This document shows positions 38,922 to 47,616 of a DNA stretch of 64,000 nucleotides, one piece after another. Source of the DNA: a virus; the IMG/VR virus record IMGVR_UViG_3300031841_005609, positions 32,001 through 96,000 of that record; one strand, written 5' to 3'. Both the position numbers and the translations under genes were made by a program. The notes under the pieces are model-generated. The model searched no databases. It saw only the letters and a program-made list of their open reading frames with translations, and was not told where the DNA came from. Position 1 is the stretch's first letter. Each line of letters opens with the position of its first letter.

Positions 38922-41900
38922 ATGGCTGAGCAAACATTTAGATCACCCGGGTTTTTTGAACAGGAAATTGACCTTTCTGCTAGGCAAATAGCTCCTGTCG
39001 GAACACCCGCTGGAGTCATAGGTACATCAGAATTTGGACCCGCATTTGTTCCAGTAACGGTAGGATCTTTCGCCGATTTTGAATCACGTTTTGGTACGCT
39101 ACACCCAGACAGATTCGGACCTTATGCCGTAAGAGAATTTTTAAAGCACAGATCAGCTTTAACCTATCTTAGAGTTTTGGGAGCTGGAGCCAATGAGACC
39201 TCCACAGACATCCAGAACACTGAGCAGTACGGTTACGTTAAAAACGCCGGCTTCCGACTTACCGGTTCTTTGATGACTGACACTGATGGCGAAGGCGCTG
39301 ATGATCTTGCATTTCAGGGCGGTGTTGCTATTATATCTGCTAAACACACGCCCGTTGCTCACGAAGCGGCCAGCTATAGCTTATATACAGATAATGCTAG
39401 TATTAGTAACAACACTGACGCTCATCTGGTCAGAGGCGTTGTCTTCTTAACAACTGGTTCTAAGCTCCAGATTCTTGATCACGATCAAAACTGGTCAATC
39501 GTAAATTCAAGAGCCGCCGGCGCTGAGGTCGGTGCCATTGGTGGTCTTTCAGATCAGAAATATTTTAAGCTTGCGATCAGCTCTTCTGCTGGAGCTTCTT
39601 TTTCAAATGATGAAGGAGTCCCGGGAATTAGAATTCTTACCGCATCCCTTGATCCGAACGACGGACAGTACATCGGCAAAGTTCTAAACACAAATCCACA
39701 GAATTTTCAGAAGGAGCAACACCTTCTCTACTTAGACTATGCAGTTGAGCACGAACTCGCTCCTGTTACTGTAACCCCAGGAACAGACACAGTTGCAGTT
39801 CTTTCTGGTACGATAAATACTTCTACTAGAAACTCACTAAGATATGACAACATTGTAGGTCGTTACGACACGAGATACACAACTCCTCGAACTACAAGCT
39901 TTATATCACAACCTTTCGGAAAGAAGGAGTTTGATCTCTTTCACTTTGAGACAATTTCTGATGGTGCTTATGCAAACGATAAATTTAAGGTCTCTATAGC
40001 TAATCTTCGGGCTTCGACGGATCCGAACGATGCTTACGGAACTTTTGAAGTCCAGGTAAGACTCTTCGATGACAAAGATACATCTACTGAGATCATCGAG
40101 AGATATCCTGAATGTAGTCTCAACCCAAGAAGCGATAGATACGTTGCTAGAGTTATTGGTGACAAAAAGGTTAGATACGATTTCGATCAGGAAGATCCTT
40201 CGGAAAGACGTCTTGTAATAACAGGAAAATATCCAAACCTTTCTTCTAGAATTAGAATCCAAATGAACGCTGGGATAGAAGCCGGCGAAGTTCCTGCAAC
40301 TGCGCTTCCTTTTGGTTTTAGAGGAATACCGGTTCTAAAGACCAACAATTCTTTGACTGATGGTCTTACTGGACTCACCGACTCTGAGTCAAGAGCTTTG
40401 GGGGAAACAGTCCCAGACAATAGAAAGACACACAGGCTTAATTCTAACACTGATGCTGTTGCGCTAACAAGAGCAATAGTTCCTCCGATGCCGTATAGAT
40501 TTAAGGTAACTAGAGGGGAAGCATCTTCTGATTCTACACCTGGTTTCGTTGGAACTCCTGGAACAAACGAAAGAGTTGACGGAAGATATTATTGGGGTGT
40601 TAATTCATTAAGAATTCCAACTGCAGGATCTACTACAAATCCTGTCCTCAATTCAAACGCAGGAAACACGGTTAATCCTCTCGTTAGGGCTTATACCAAG
40701 TTCCAAGGAATTGAGAAGCTGGATGCACTTGTTTCTGGTTCTGCTGCTGATGAATTTAACTCAAACAAGTTCACGCTTGCAAGAGTTGCCTTCTCAAACA
40801 AAACGGCAAACAACTCTCTATATGATGTTTTCTCAGCCTTTACTGGATCAGCTCCGGAGCACATGCTTGAAGCTGCTTACATCAGAGACGGACAGCCGGA
40901 TAGAAACACGTATGTTGTGGATGATAGAGTCGCCGCAGGAAATAGATTTACTCTCGCTTCTTTGATTCACACTAGCTCGGTTCTCTTTAACAGATTCACC
41001 TCTTACGCTAAGTTTACCAACGTGTTCCACGGCGGATTCGACGGGCTTAATATCCTAGACAGAGATCTCTCGCTATTCAGGGATAAGGCGTTCTCAGTAG
41101 ACGCCGGAGGTAAATCAGTTGAAACAGGAATGAATATCGGTCTCGCTGATGTTGATTCAAAGAACCAGGGTGGTTCCGGAAGAAGAAGCAACAGTAACGC
41201 ATCTATGAGAAGAGCTGTTGATATCATGACTGATCCGATGTCTTCGAACATCAACATCCTTGCAATACCGGGCGTAAGAGAAACATTCGTATCGGATCAC
41301 GCCCTTGAGAAGACCAGAGATTATTCGAAGGCTATGTACTTGCTAGATACTCTAAAGTACGATGAAAACGGAAATAGACTTTACGACGACAGCAAGGCTC
41401 GAGTGGATGTGAGAGAAACATCAGAGCAGTTCGAGAGCAGAGCTATCGACAACAACTACGCAGCTACATACTTCCCAGATGTTTTTATACAGGATCCTAT
41501 TAACAACAGAAATGTTAAGGTTCCTGCTTCGGTAGCGGCTTTGGGAACGTTGGCTTTCAACGACAGAGTTTCTTTCCCTTGGTTCGCACCTGCTGGTTTT
41601 AATCGAGGTGGAATGGACTTCGTTGTAAATGTCGAAAACAGACTCACTTCTGGAGACAGAGACACACTGTATGATGCAAGAATGAATCCTATAGCTGTTT
41701 TCCCGAACACTGGTTTCGTTATCTTCGGGCAGAAAACTCTGCAGTTTACAAAGTCTGCTCTCGACAGAGTCAACGTTAGACGCCTGATGCTAGAGATTAA
41801 ACGACAGGTTACTGGAGTGGCTGAAAGATTCTTGTTCGAGCCGAACAACGCTACGACTCGATCTAGGTTCGTAAGCCAGATAACTCCACTTCTTGGACTC

Positions 41901-42077
41901 ATCCAGTTGCAGGCAGGTATAGAGCAATTTAAGGTTATCTGTGATGCTTCCAATAACACCTCTGAAGAGGTCGAGCAAAACAGAATGAATGGACGAATCG
42001 TTGTTGTACCTACTAGAGCGGTTGAATTTATCTCAATCGACTTTATCATAACAAATAGCGGCGTGTCCTTTGAGTAA
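38922..42077 (+). CDS. tail sheath protein 1 (gp18-like)
   Basis: SPGFFEQEIDLS, PWFAPAGFNRG, GQKTLQ..SALDRVNVRRL, FEPN, PTRAVEFISIDF. Confidence 0.93.
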   Translation: MAEQTFRSPGFFEQEIDLSARQIAPVGTPAGVIGTSEFGPAFVPVTVGSFADFESRFGTLHPDRFGPYAVREFLKHRSALTYLRVLGAGANETSTDIQNTEQYGYVKNAGFRLTGSLMTDTDGEGADDLAFQGGVAIISAKHTPVAHEAASYSLYTDNASISNNTDAHLVRGVVFLTTGSKLQILDHDQNWSIVNSRAAGAEVGAIGGLSDQKYFKLAISSSAGASFSNDEGVPGIRILTASLDPNDGQYIGKVLNTNPQNFQKEQHLLYLDYAVEHELAPVTVTPGTDTVAVLSGTINTSTRNSLRYDNIVGRYDTRYTTPRTTSFISQPFGKKEFDLFHFETISDGAYANDKFKVSIANLRASTDPNDAYGTFEVQVRLFDDKDTSTEIIERYPECSLNPRSDRYVARVIGDKKVRYDFDQEDPSERRLVITGKYPNLSSRIRIQMNAGIEAGEVPATALPFGFRGIPVLKTNNSLTDGLTGLTDSESRALGETVPDNRKTHRLNSNTDAVALTRAIVPPMPYRFKVTRGEASSDSTPGFVGTPGTNERVDGRYYWGVNSLRIPTAGSTTNPVLNSNAGNTVNPLVRAYTKFQGIEKLDALVSGSAADEFNSNKFTLARVAFSNKTANNSLYDVFSAFTGSAPEHMLEAAYIRDGQPDRNTYVVDDRVAAGNRFTLASLIHTSSVLFNRFTSYAKFTNVFHGGFDGLNILDRDLSLFRDKAFSVDAGGKSVETGMNIGLADVDSKNQGGSGRRSNSNASMRRAVDIMTDPMSSNINILAIPGVRETFVSDHALEKTRDYSKAMYLLDTLKYDENGNRLYDDSKARVDVRETSEQFESRAIDNNYAATYFPDVFIQDPINNRNVKVPASVAALGTLAFNDRVSFPWFAPAGFNRGGMDFVVNVENRLTSGDRDTLYDARMNPIAVFPNTGFVIFGQKTLQFTKSALDRVNVRRLMLEIKRQVTGVAERFLFEPNNATTRSRFVSQITPLLGLIQLQAGIEQFKVICDASNNTSEEVEQNRMNGRIVVVPTRAVEFISIDFIITNSGVSFE

Positions 42078-42118
42078 AGAATAAGTAAGAATATGCAGCA
42101 ATTTCAGGAGAAAGCTCA

Positions 42119-45100
42119 ATGGCAGAGTTAACATTTAAGAGCCCGGGCGTAAGCACCAGAGAAATAGATCTCAGCGGTCCAACAGCGATCCAACCTACAG
42201 GAGTTCCTGCAGGAGTTATCGGAACCGCCGTTAGAGGACCTGCTTTCGTTCCAGTTACTGTGGCAACCTTTCAGGACTTCGTTGCCAAGTTCGGAAACAC
42301 AGACGGAGAGAAATTTGGACCTCTAGCCATGAACGAATGGTTGCGAAGTGCAAACGCCGGAACATACGTTAGAATCCTAGGTATCGGTGATGGTAAGAAG
42401 AGAACTTCTGCAGGCGCCAATGCAGGTAAGGTTACCAACGCAGGGTTCGTCGTCGGCGGACAAACCGTCCAAGGCAACGGGTTTATGGGGAACAATCCAT
42501 ACTCTGATCACGCAACGTCTGATAAAGCTGGTCCCTTAGGAAGAACTTACTTCTTAGGAGCATTTCACTCTGCTTCAGCCGGAAGCTCTTTTCTCTCAGA
42601 AGCAGGTCTTCAAGGCGGCACAAGAGGCACCCCGGCATCTGCTACCTTTGCTGCTCTCGGCGGCGGAGCCGATCGAATTAAGATAATCTGGAGAGATCCT
42701 AATACAAAGGCCGGAAACGGAAAGCGAATAGAGCTTAGGGTCAACGCCGCGGCCGCTCAAGGCGCCGGCGCATTCGCAGTCGATTTCGACAGCCCACAAG
42801 ACAAGCTTCGAATAACTGTTAGATTGAACTCCGACGAACTCGGATTTGGAACAATAGCTGAGCTCGTTGAGCTTATCAACACCGGTGACATCGCCACTCC
42901 CGGCATGACTGCTTTAACTGTAGACGATACAGAAGGCTTAAGACAGAAGATCCGAGCTGAAATCGTTGGTGATGACGGATCTGAAGTTCTTCTAGATGGA
43001 GATGATGAAATTATTACTCTCTCGGGCGGAACGGCTGGTAACTTTGCTGCTTCTCCTATAATCAGAGGCGTCTTGATGGCACCTTCTGGCGTCAACATCA
43101 CAATGAGTACTTCTACTGTTGCAGATGCTAACAATATAGTGAAATCAGACGCCAACGAGGCCGGCGGCGGACCTTTCGGAGATGTTAATGTAGGATCAGC
43201 AAAACAGGAATTTGCTCTCTTGCTTAATGGGCACAAGAAGTCAGATCTTTCTACAAACGTGATCACTGCTTCTTTTGATCCGAGCGCACCGAACTACATC
43301 ACTAAGGTCATCAATACTGATCCTACCAAGATAGAAGAGCAGGGAATATACCTTCACTCTGCTTACGACATCTATCAAACTCAGGCTATAATCACAGGAT
43401 CAGGTGTGACAGGCCACCTTGACACCGACAAGATTCGATACGAATCTGCGTTCTTGCTGTCGGGATCTGGGGGAAGAGACTCGGGTACAGCAGCTACGTC
43501 TACTTCGATCGGCGTGCCAAACTTTGAAAACTTTCAAGATAGATTTACAACTGCTTTCTCTCCTTTTGTCATGTCACAGAAGTTCGGCGGAAAGAATGAA
43601 AATCTCTTTAGAATCCACGCGTTAGATGACGGAAGAGCTGGGTCTGATGCATTCAAGATTACGATTGATGGAATACAGGCATCAACAAACGAAAATGATC
43701 CATACGGTAAGTTTAACCTACAGGTTCGCTTCTTATCAGACTCTGATGCTGAGCCTGTCGTTCTAGAGTCGTTCCGAGGCCTGGATCTTAATCCTTCAAG
43801 TGAGAACTTCATTGGAAGAAGAATCGGTGATCGACATACATTCTACGATTTCGATAAATCGGCAGGAGCTCAAAAGATTGTTGTTGACGGAACTTATCCA
43901 AACGTTTCAAACTACATTAGAGTAGAACTTGATCCTTCGGTGAGCGATGGAACAGCTAACAAGGAATCAGTCCCTGTCGGTTTCCGAGGCTTACATCACC
44001 TTGTGACTTCTGGATCAACGATATCTGTCGGAGACGCAAATACAGCTACGGGCGGTCTTGCAATCTTGACGGGATCTCACATCAATGCCAAGGCTGCTGG
44101 TTTCCAGCTATATAATTCTCCGAATTCACCAGCGCTTCAGAAAATAAATCAACCACCTGTCCCGATGCGTGAATCTGTTGCTGTAGGCGTCTCACCAAAG
44201 AAGACCGTTAATGCCAAGCTCACGTGGGGTGTTCAGTTCGAAAAGAAAGATTCGATCACAGAACCCAACAGAAGCCAGGTGCTGAATGATTCAATTAGAA
44301 GTTTTACCAAGTATTTCCCGTCTTTCCACACTGTTGATCAAAACGCGATCGTAGGAGACAATGAGGGAACACCTGATGTTGCTGGTTGCGTTCTTGACGC
44401 AGACAGATATAACAACAATGCCTTCAGTCTTGAGAAGATTCAAATCGTCACGACTGCTGCTGATAAGCCTGATGCACAACAATGGGCTGCAGCCCTCTAT
44501 AGAAGAAACGGACAGGCTTCGGATTCAATTCTTGATGTCGATGGTGTTTCTACCACAGACACCAGGCTCATAAATCCTGCAGTTGACTTTAAGGTTCTTT
44601 CCGCTCGAAAGTTCCTCAAGTTTACCTTCCCACTCCAGGGTGGATTCGATGGTGTAAACATTTTCGACAAGGATAAGTCAAAGTTCACTGACGCAGCTCT
44701 CAGAAGAGAGATGGACGATTCTTCAAACCAGGGCGGAAAAGAAGGACCAACTGTTGGAGCTTACAGAAAAGCGATATCAGTCATGGAAGAAAAGACTGAT
44801 GTCGACATCCAGCTTCTTGCAATTCCAGGCGTTAGACACGAATCAGTCACAGACTTTGCAATAGACTCTGTTGAAAGAAGATTTGATGCACTTTACATTA
44901 TGGATCTTGAGGAACGAGACACACTCAATAATCCGATCACAGGATCAGGTTCCGTAATTAACGTGAAGAATACTGTTGATAGACAAGCTGCGAGAAACAT
45001 GGATTCTTCTTTCGCTGCAACTTACTTCCCGGATGTTGTTATAACTGATCCTGCAACGCAGACAAACGTACAATGTCCGCCTTCTGTTGCGGTTCTTGGT

Positions 45101-45637
45101 GCTTTTGCTTTCAACGATTCAGTGGCACATCCTTGGTTCGCTCCGGCTGGTTTCAACCGCGGTGCTCTTTCAACGACAATAGAGTCGCAGGTTAAGCTTA
45201 ATAGAGACAATCTTGATGATCTCTACGAAGTAGATATCAATCCGATCACCGCATTCCCATCAACACCGGGAGTTATCGTTTTCGGACAGAAGACCCTGTT
45301 AGCTGCACAAAGTGCTCTTGACAGAGTCAACGTAAGAAGACTGCTGATTGACGTTAGAAGAAAAGTTAAGAACGTCGCCAACTCACTTCTCTTCGAACCA
45401 AACAGAGAAGATACATTGGCCAAGTTCAGCAACGCTGTTACACCAATTCTTTCGAGAATCCAGCAACAGCAAGGTCTTGATAGATTTAGAGTTCAGATAG
45501 ACACCACAACAACTACGCAGGCTGACGTTGAGAACAACACGATAAGAGGAAAGATCTTCTTACAGCCTACGAGATCTGTTGAGTTCATCTCACTCGATTT
45601 CGTTGTTACCAACGCTGGACAATTTGAACAGGCTTAA
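42119..45637 (+). CDS. tail sheath protein 2 (gp18-like)
   Basis: SPGVSTREIDLS, PWFAPAGFNRG, GQKTL..SALDRVNVRRL, PTRSVEFISLDF. Confidence 0.93.
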   Translation: MAELTFKSPGVSTREIDLSGPTAIQPTGVPAGVIGTAVRGPAFVPVTVATFQDFVAKFGNTDGEKFGPLAMNEWLRSANAGTYVRILGIGDGKKRTSAGANAGKVTNAGFVVGGQTVQGNGFMGNNPYSDHATSDKAGPLGRTYFLGAFHSASAGSSFLSEAGLQGGTRGTPASATFAALGGGADRIKIIWRDPNTKAGNGKRIELRVNAAAAQGAGAFAVDFDSPQDKLRITVRLNSDELGFGTIAELVELINTGDIATPGMTALTVDDTEGLRQKIRAEIVGDDGSEVLLDGDDEIITLSGGTAGNFAASPIIRGVLMAPSGVNITMSTSTVADANNIVKSDANEAGGGPFGDVNVGSAKQEFALLLNGHKKSDLSTNVITASFDPSAPNYITKVINTDPTKIEEQGIYLHSAYDIYQTQAIITGSGVTGHLDTDKIRYESAFLLSGSGGRDSGTAATSTSIGVPNFENFQDRFTTAFSPFVMSQKFGGKNENLFRIHALDDGRAGSDAFKITIDGIQASTNENDPYGKFNLQVRFLSDSDAEPVVLESFRGLDLNPSSENFIGRRIGDRHTFYDFDKSAGAQKIVVDGTYPNVSNYIRVELDPSVSDGTANKESVPVGFRGLHHLVTSGSTISVGDANTATGGLAILTGSHINAKAAGFQLYNSPNSPALQKINQPPVPMRESVAVGVSPKKTVNAKLTWGVQFEKKDSITEPNRSQVLNDSIRSFTKYFPSFHTVDQNAIVGDNEGTPDVAGCVLDADRYNNNAFSLEKIQIVTTAADKPDAQQWAAALYRRNGQASDSILDVDGVSTTDTRLINPAVDFKVLSARKFLKFTFPLQGGFDGVNIFDKDKSKFTDAALRREMDDSSNQGGKEGPTVGAYRKAISVMEEKTDVDIQLLAIPGVRHESVTDFAIDSVERRFDALYIMDLEERDTLNNPITGSGSVINVKNTVDRQAARNMDSSFAATYFPDVVITDPATQTNVQCPPSVAVLGAFAFNDSVAHPWFAPAGFNRGALSTTIESQVKLNRDNLDDLYEVDINPITAFPSTPGVIVFGQKTLLAAQSALDRVNVRRLLIDVRRKVKNVANSLLFEPNREDTLAKFSNAVTPILSRIQQQQGLDRFRVQIDTTTTTQADVENNTIRGKIFLQPTRSVEFISLDFVVTNAGQFEQA

Positions 45638-45651
45638 AACTAAGCTATAGA

Positions 45652-45658
45652 ATATTTA
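45652..45658 (+). promoter_or_regulatory. putative late promoter core (ATATTTA)
   Basis: Upstream of the tube gene; SD AAGGAG follows. Confidence 0.55.
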
Positions 45659-45689
45659 ATTAAGAAATCGCTCTCAAGGAGACAATAAA

Positions 45690-46178
45690 ATGGCAGAGAC
45701 ACTATCAGTTACCGACATGCTCCCAAATAAGTTCGAGCCCAAGCGAAAGTTCAGATGGGTTTTCGCTATAGAGGGAATCGACTCATTTTTGATGAAAACG
45801 GCAGCACGACCTTCAATCACAACAGAAGAGGTCGAGGTACCTTTTATTAACCACACCCGATACGTTGCAGGAAAGACAAAGTTTGAAGCGTTGTCAGTAA
45901 CTCTGCACGACCCAATCGCTCCATCAGGCGCACAGCAGGTTATGGAATGGGTAAGAACTCACTTCGAATCTGTGTCAGGTCGTGGCGGATATGCAGATTT
46001 CTACAAGAGAGATTGCCAGCTTAAGCTTCTCGATCCTGTTGGAACTGTTGTTGAGCTTTGGGACATCAAAGGCGCTTTCTTGACCGCTGCATCTTTCGGG
46101 GATCTTGACTACGGTGCTTCGGATCCAACCGAAATCTCTTTGACTATCCGATTCGATAACTGCGTACTTCAGTACTAA
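45690..46178 (+). CDS. tail tube protein (gp19-like)
   Basis: FEPKRKFRW, YVAGK, QQVMEW, YKRD..LLDPVG..VE.W..GAF..FGDLDY. Confidence 0.9.
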   Translation: MAETLSVTDMLPNKFEPKRKFRWVFAIEGIDSFLMKTAARPSITTEEVEVPFINHTRYVAGKTKFEALSVTLHDPIAPSGAQQVMEWVRTHFESVSGRGGYADFYKRDCQLKLLDPVGTVVELWDIKGAFLTAASFGDLDYGASDPTEISLTIRFDNCVLQY

Positions 46179-46187
46179 TTTCCTCCA

Positions 46188-46220
46188 AGCCCGGCTCTGC
46201 CGGGCTCTTATTTTCTTCTT
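46188..46220 (+). terminator. intrinsic terminator after the tube gene
   Basis: AGCCCGGC-TCT-GCCGGGCT followed by a T-rich tract. Confidence 0.75.
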
Positions 46221-46427
46221 AGCTTCTAGTTTTGTCTCTAGAGCTGTTTTTTAGAAGTCTATGTAAGAAAACCTTTCTTTTCTAGAAAATCACACCAGAG
46301 CTGAACCTTTAGCCCTCAGCTGTAAGAAAGTATCAACTCGTAATATTTTATATTCGATGATCAAATTTCATTTACAACAAAAATATCGATACTAAACTTA
46401 GTAATATAAAAATCGCGAGGTAAAAAC

Positions 46428-47285
46428 GTGTCAAACGAACAACGTCAAAACAATGAAGTCTTTAGCGCTGCTCAAGCTAGTCAAACAGGCTTCAGAACAT
46501 CTAACGTCATGAAAGACGACTTCGGCTACGAAGTTCCAACCGAAGCAGTTCCGCTTCCTTCTGCTGGAAAGGTCTATCCTCCAGAATCAGGTTTGTACTC
46601 TCAGGAAATGATCGAGATCAAAGCAATGACAGCAAAGGAAGAAGATATTCTTACTTCTAGAGCTTTGATTAAAAAAGGTACTGTTATCACTGAGCTCATT
46701 AAGTCTTGCTTGATTGACAAGACAGTTGATGTAGACACGATGATCGCCGGCGACCGAAACGCAGTTATGACAGCTCTTAGAGTTACGGGGTACGGATCAG
46801 AGTATAATGCTCAAGTTTCTTGTCCTGAGTGTGGAGAATCTTCAAAACAAGACTTTAGCTTGACAGATCTTCCGATTAAGCGACTTAATATTTCTCCGGT
46901 TGCCGAAGGAGCAAACCTCTTCGAGTTTAAGTTGCCCCTTACTCAAAAAACAGTTCAGTTTAAGTTCCTGACCGGTAAGGACGAAACCGAAATGGCGACC
47001 ATCGCAGAGCGCCGCAAGAAGCAAGGTCAAAAAACCGACAGTTTGGTTACATCAAGACTTGTTCATTCAATCGTTTCAATTGAAGGGATAACCGATAGAA
47101 ACAAGATTGGAATGTTTATAAAGAACATGCCTGCTAGAGATTCTCTTGCTCTTCGACGTCACATCGACGACAATGAACCTGGCATTTCAATGAAGTCATG
47201 GATGGAATGCCCACACTGTGATGAACACTCGGAGGTAAATTTGCCCTTAGGGGCTTCGTTTTTTTGGCCTGACGCCGAACGATAA
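46428..47285 (+). CDS. tail/baseplate hub assembly chaperone (gp26-like, two CxxC)
   Basis: LPSAGKVY, MTAKEEDILTS, GDRNAV..LR..YG, CPEC, CPHC, FFWP; GTG start after GAGGT. Confidence 0.75.
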   Translation: MSNEQRQNNEVFSAAQASQTGFRTSNVMKDDFGYEVPTEAVPLPSAGKVYPPESGLYSQEMIEIKAMTAKEEDILTSRALIKKGTVITELIKSCLIDKTVDVDTMIAGDRNAVMTALRVTGYGSEYNAQVSCPECGESSKQDFSLTDLPIKRLNISPVAEGANLFEFKLPLTQKTVQFKFLTGKDETEMATIAERRKKQGQKTDSLVTSRLVHSIVSIEGITDRNKIGMFIKNMPARDSLALRRHIDDNEPGISMKSWMECPHCDEHSEVNLPLGASFFWPDAER

Positions 47286-47529
47286 AGAAGTTTATCTGGA
47301 GCAGATATGGGGGCTCATGTACTATATGGGCTTCACATACTCTGATGCGTACAACTTACCTGTATGGAAAAGAATCTGGTTCATCAACAGAACGGTTGAG
47401 GAATTTAAAAAGTCCTCTGAGAACGGAAGCCCACCAGCTTCTAAAGCCGCCCACCAAAACACACCTGATCAAAGAGCTTTAATGGGCTTGAGGCCCGATG
47501 CACCCGCCAGGCTGAGAAGGTTTACGTGA
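47260..47529 (+). CDS. second tail-chaperone ORF, probably reached by a +1 frameshift from 46428
   Basis: +1 frame opens after TAG 47248-50 and runs through T7 (47259-65) as FFGLTPNDKEVYLEQIWGLMYYMGFTYSDAYNLPVWKRIWF; lies just before the tape measure gene. Confidence 0.65.
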   Translation, partial: FFGLTPNDKEVYLEQIWGLMYYMGFTYSDAYNLPVWKRIWFINRTVEEFKKSSENGSPPASKAAHQNTPDQRALMGLRPDAPARLRRFT

Positions 47530-47576
47530 GACCTACTTTAAGCAGAATCTCTTCTGTAGCAAAGTGCGATACTCGC

Positions 47577-47583
47577 ATATTTA
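47577..47583 (+). promoter_or_regulatory. putative late promoter core (ATATTTA)
   Basis: Upstream of the tape measure gene. Confidence 0.55.
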
Positions 47584-47616
47584 TCACAGAACAGTCGTAA
47601 ACTTTCCGGGAAGAGC

